Assembly (NCBI RefSeq): GCF_009834535.1
Contig: NC_045696.1
Span: 94,366,001-94,430,000, forward strand
Direction of reading: 5' to 3'
Length of the DNA stretch: 64,000 bases
DNA from: Camelus ferus
Lineage: Eukaryota
A model generated the notes under the pieces. It had not been told where the DNA came from, ran no database searches, and saw only the letters and a list, made by a program, of their open reading frames with translations. The position numbers and the translations under genes are program-made. Of the stretch, positions 62,701-64,000 are shown piece after piece; position 1 is the first letter of the stretch, and the number at the start of each line of letters is the position of its first letter.

Positions 62701-63725
62701 AAACTCAAAATATAAGCCATTTTTAGCAAATGATTCTCAAAAACTGGTGACTGAATGAAGAAACAGGCACTTCCATGTACATTTCATGGGAGAGTAAATG
62801 TTCAAATCCTTTTTGGAGGCAATTTAGCAGTTTTTCAACTGTTGATACTCCATGGCCCAATAATTTCAGTTTTAAGAATCTAAAAGAGATGCAGAAGCGC
62901 AAAAAGATGTTTGTACAGTGGTGATTCCATTATGAAGAACCGTGTGTGTTATGGAAAAAAAATAGAAAAATATAAATACATATCCACTTGAGGATTGATA
63001 AATATACATGTATGTGTATATGTGCATGTGTGGTGTGTGTATCTTGATAAAATACATATCTTGATAAAAATATATATCTTAAAATGATAAGAAAAAGTGT
63101 TAGCCATCATTACTTTTGGGGAGAAGCATAGAAATAAGAAGTAACAAGAGGAAATTATATTTTATGCCATATTGTTTTAAATGTTTGCAATGATACTATA
63201 TTAACAAATATCTTTAAAGTTATTTTTTAAAATACTAATTTGGAAAAATAAACATTAAAGTATAGCCAGGAGAATTTCAAAAATGAAGAACAATGGGGTG
63301 GAAAGAATTTGCCCCAATAAACATTAAAGTAGTATGCTTGACAAAGAGATCATTTTGGAAAGATTTGATTACTAACTCACACCATAAACCTAAGTAAATT
63401 TTAGATTTATCAACTATTACAATAACAAAACGTTTATAAAATCAATAGAAGGAAATATTGCTTGTTACTTTAATTATTTTGGGTTTGGAATGGTCTTTCT
63501 GAACACGAAACTCCAGCCAGAAACCAGAACAACAACAACAGTTACATGGTTTGACTACATAACAATTAAAACATTCTGTGTGAACAACATGCCATATATA
63601 GATTGTAAAAGACATAAAACAACTTTTCTAAAAAGTATTTACAATATCAGTAGTAAAAAATTAATAACATAATGTGCAAAGTGTTCTTACCAATTAATAA
63701 TAAGAGATAAATGTGCCAAAAGAAG
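62700..63725 (+). mobile_element. Ancient L1ME fragments
   Basis: ccttttttggaggc-like aatcctttttggaggcaatttagcag, catggcccaataatttcag, atggtttgactacataacaattaaaacattctgt. Confidence 0.65.
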
Positions 63726-64000
63726 AAGATAAATGGCACATGTGTGACATCTTTCCTGTCTTTGTAATTGCAAATCCCAAGGTTTTGCCTTCAATGATCC
63801 CAAAGAGCTTATGGCACACAACCAGAATTCCACCCACCATAGATTTTCATACTTTTCTCAAGAGGAAATTAAACTTTAGAAGCTTAACAGATATTTGTCC
63901 TTCCTTACACAAAGCTTCCCTTAGCAACAGAATTTTTTCCAAGAGGAGAGAAGAGTAAAACGTTTTGGCGTTAATTTAAACCGATACTGCCAATTGCTAT

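Noticed and set aside
1..64000. CRISPR arrays, operons or other prokaryotic systems
   Set aside because: The sequence is clearly mammalian; there are no regularly spaced direct repeats or dense ORFs

Overview
This is AT-rich, CpG-depleted mammalian non-coding DNA, most likely camelid (alpaca/llama/camel), judged from two tRNA-Ala-derived Vic-1-type SINEs with target-site duplications (TSDs). I cannot recognise any host protein-coding gene. The only recognisable ORFs in the track are LINE-1 ORF1/ORF2 fragments. A large part of the window is interspersed repeat: L1 of several ages, L2, MIR, L3/CR1, HAL1-like, ERV1/ERVL/MaLR solo LTRs and hAT/mariner MITEs, separated by unique blocks that may contain regulatory elements or non-coding exons. 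The most unusual structure is a ~1.35 kb scrambled retro-insertion at 6112-7478. It joins an LTR U3-R piece, L1 ORF1, two oppositely oriented L1 ORF2/3'UTR pieces and unique fillers, and its ORF1 and ORF2 pieces show a strong T>C (U>C) bias on the L1 sense strand. Other points of interest are a 25-bp inverted-repeat-bounded micro-inversion, two twin-primed L1s, a poly(A)-signal-bearing 3' transduction, two tail-less 3' extensions, and several CpG-retaining motif clusters. Repeat family names come from remembered consensus sequences and need RepeatMasker/Dfam confirmation. Boundaries without a stated TSD are approximate. I see no evidence for a new protein-based biological system.
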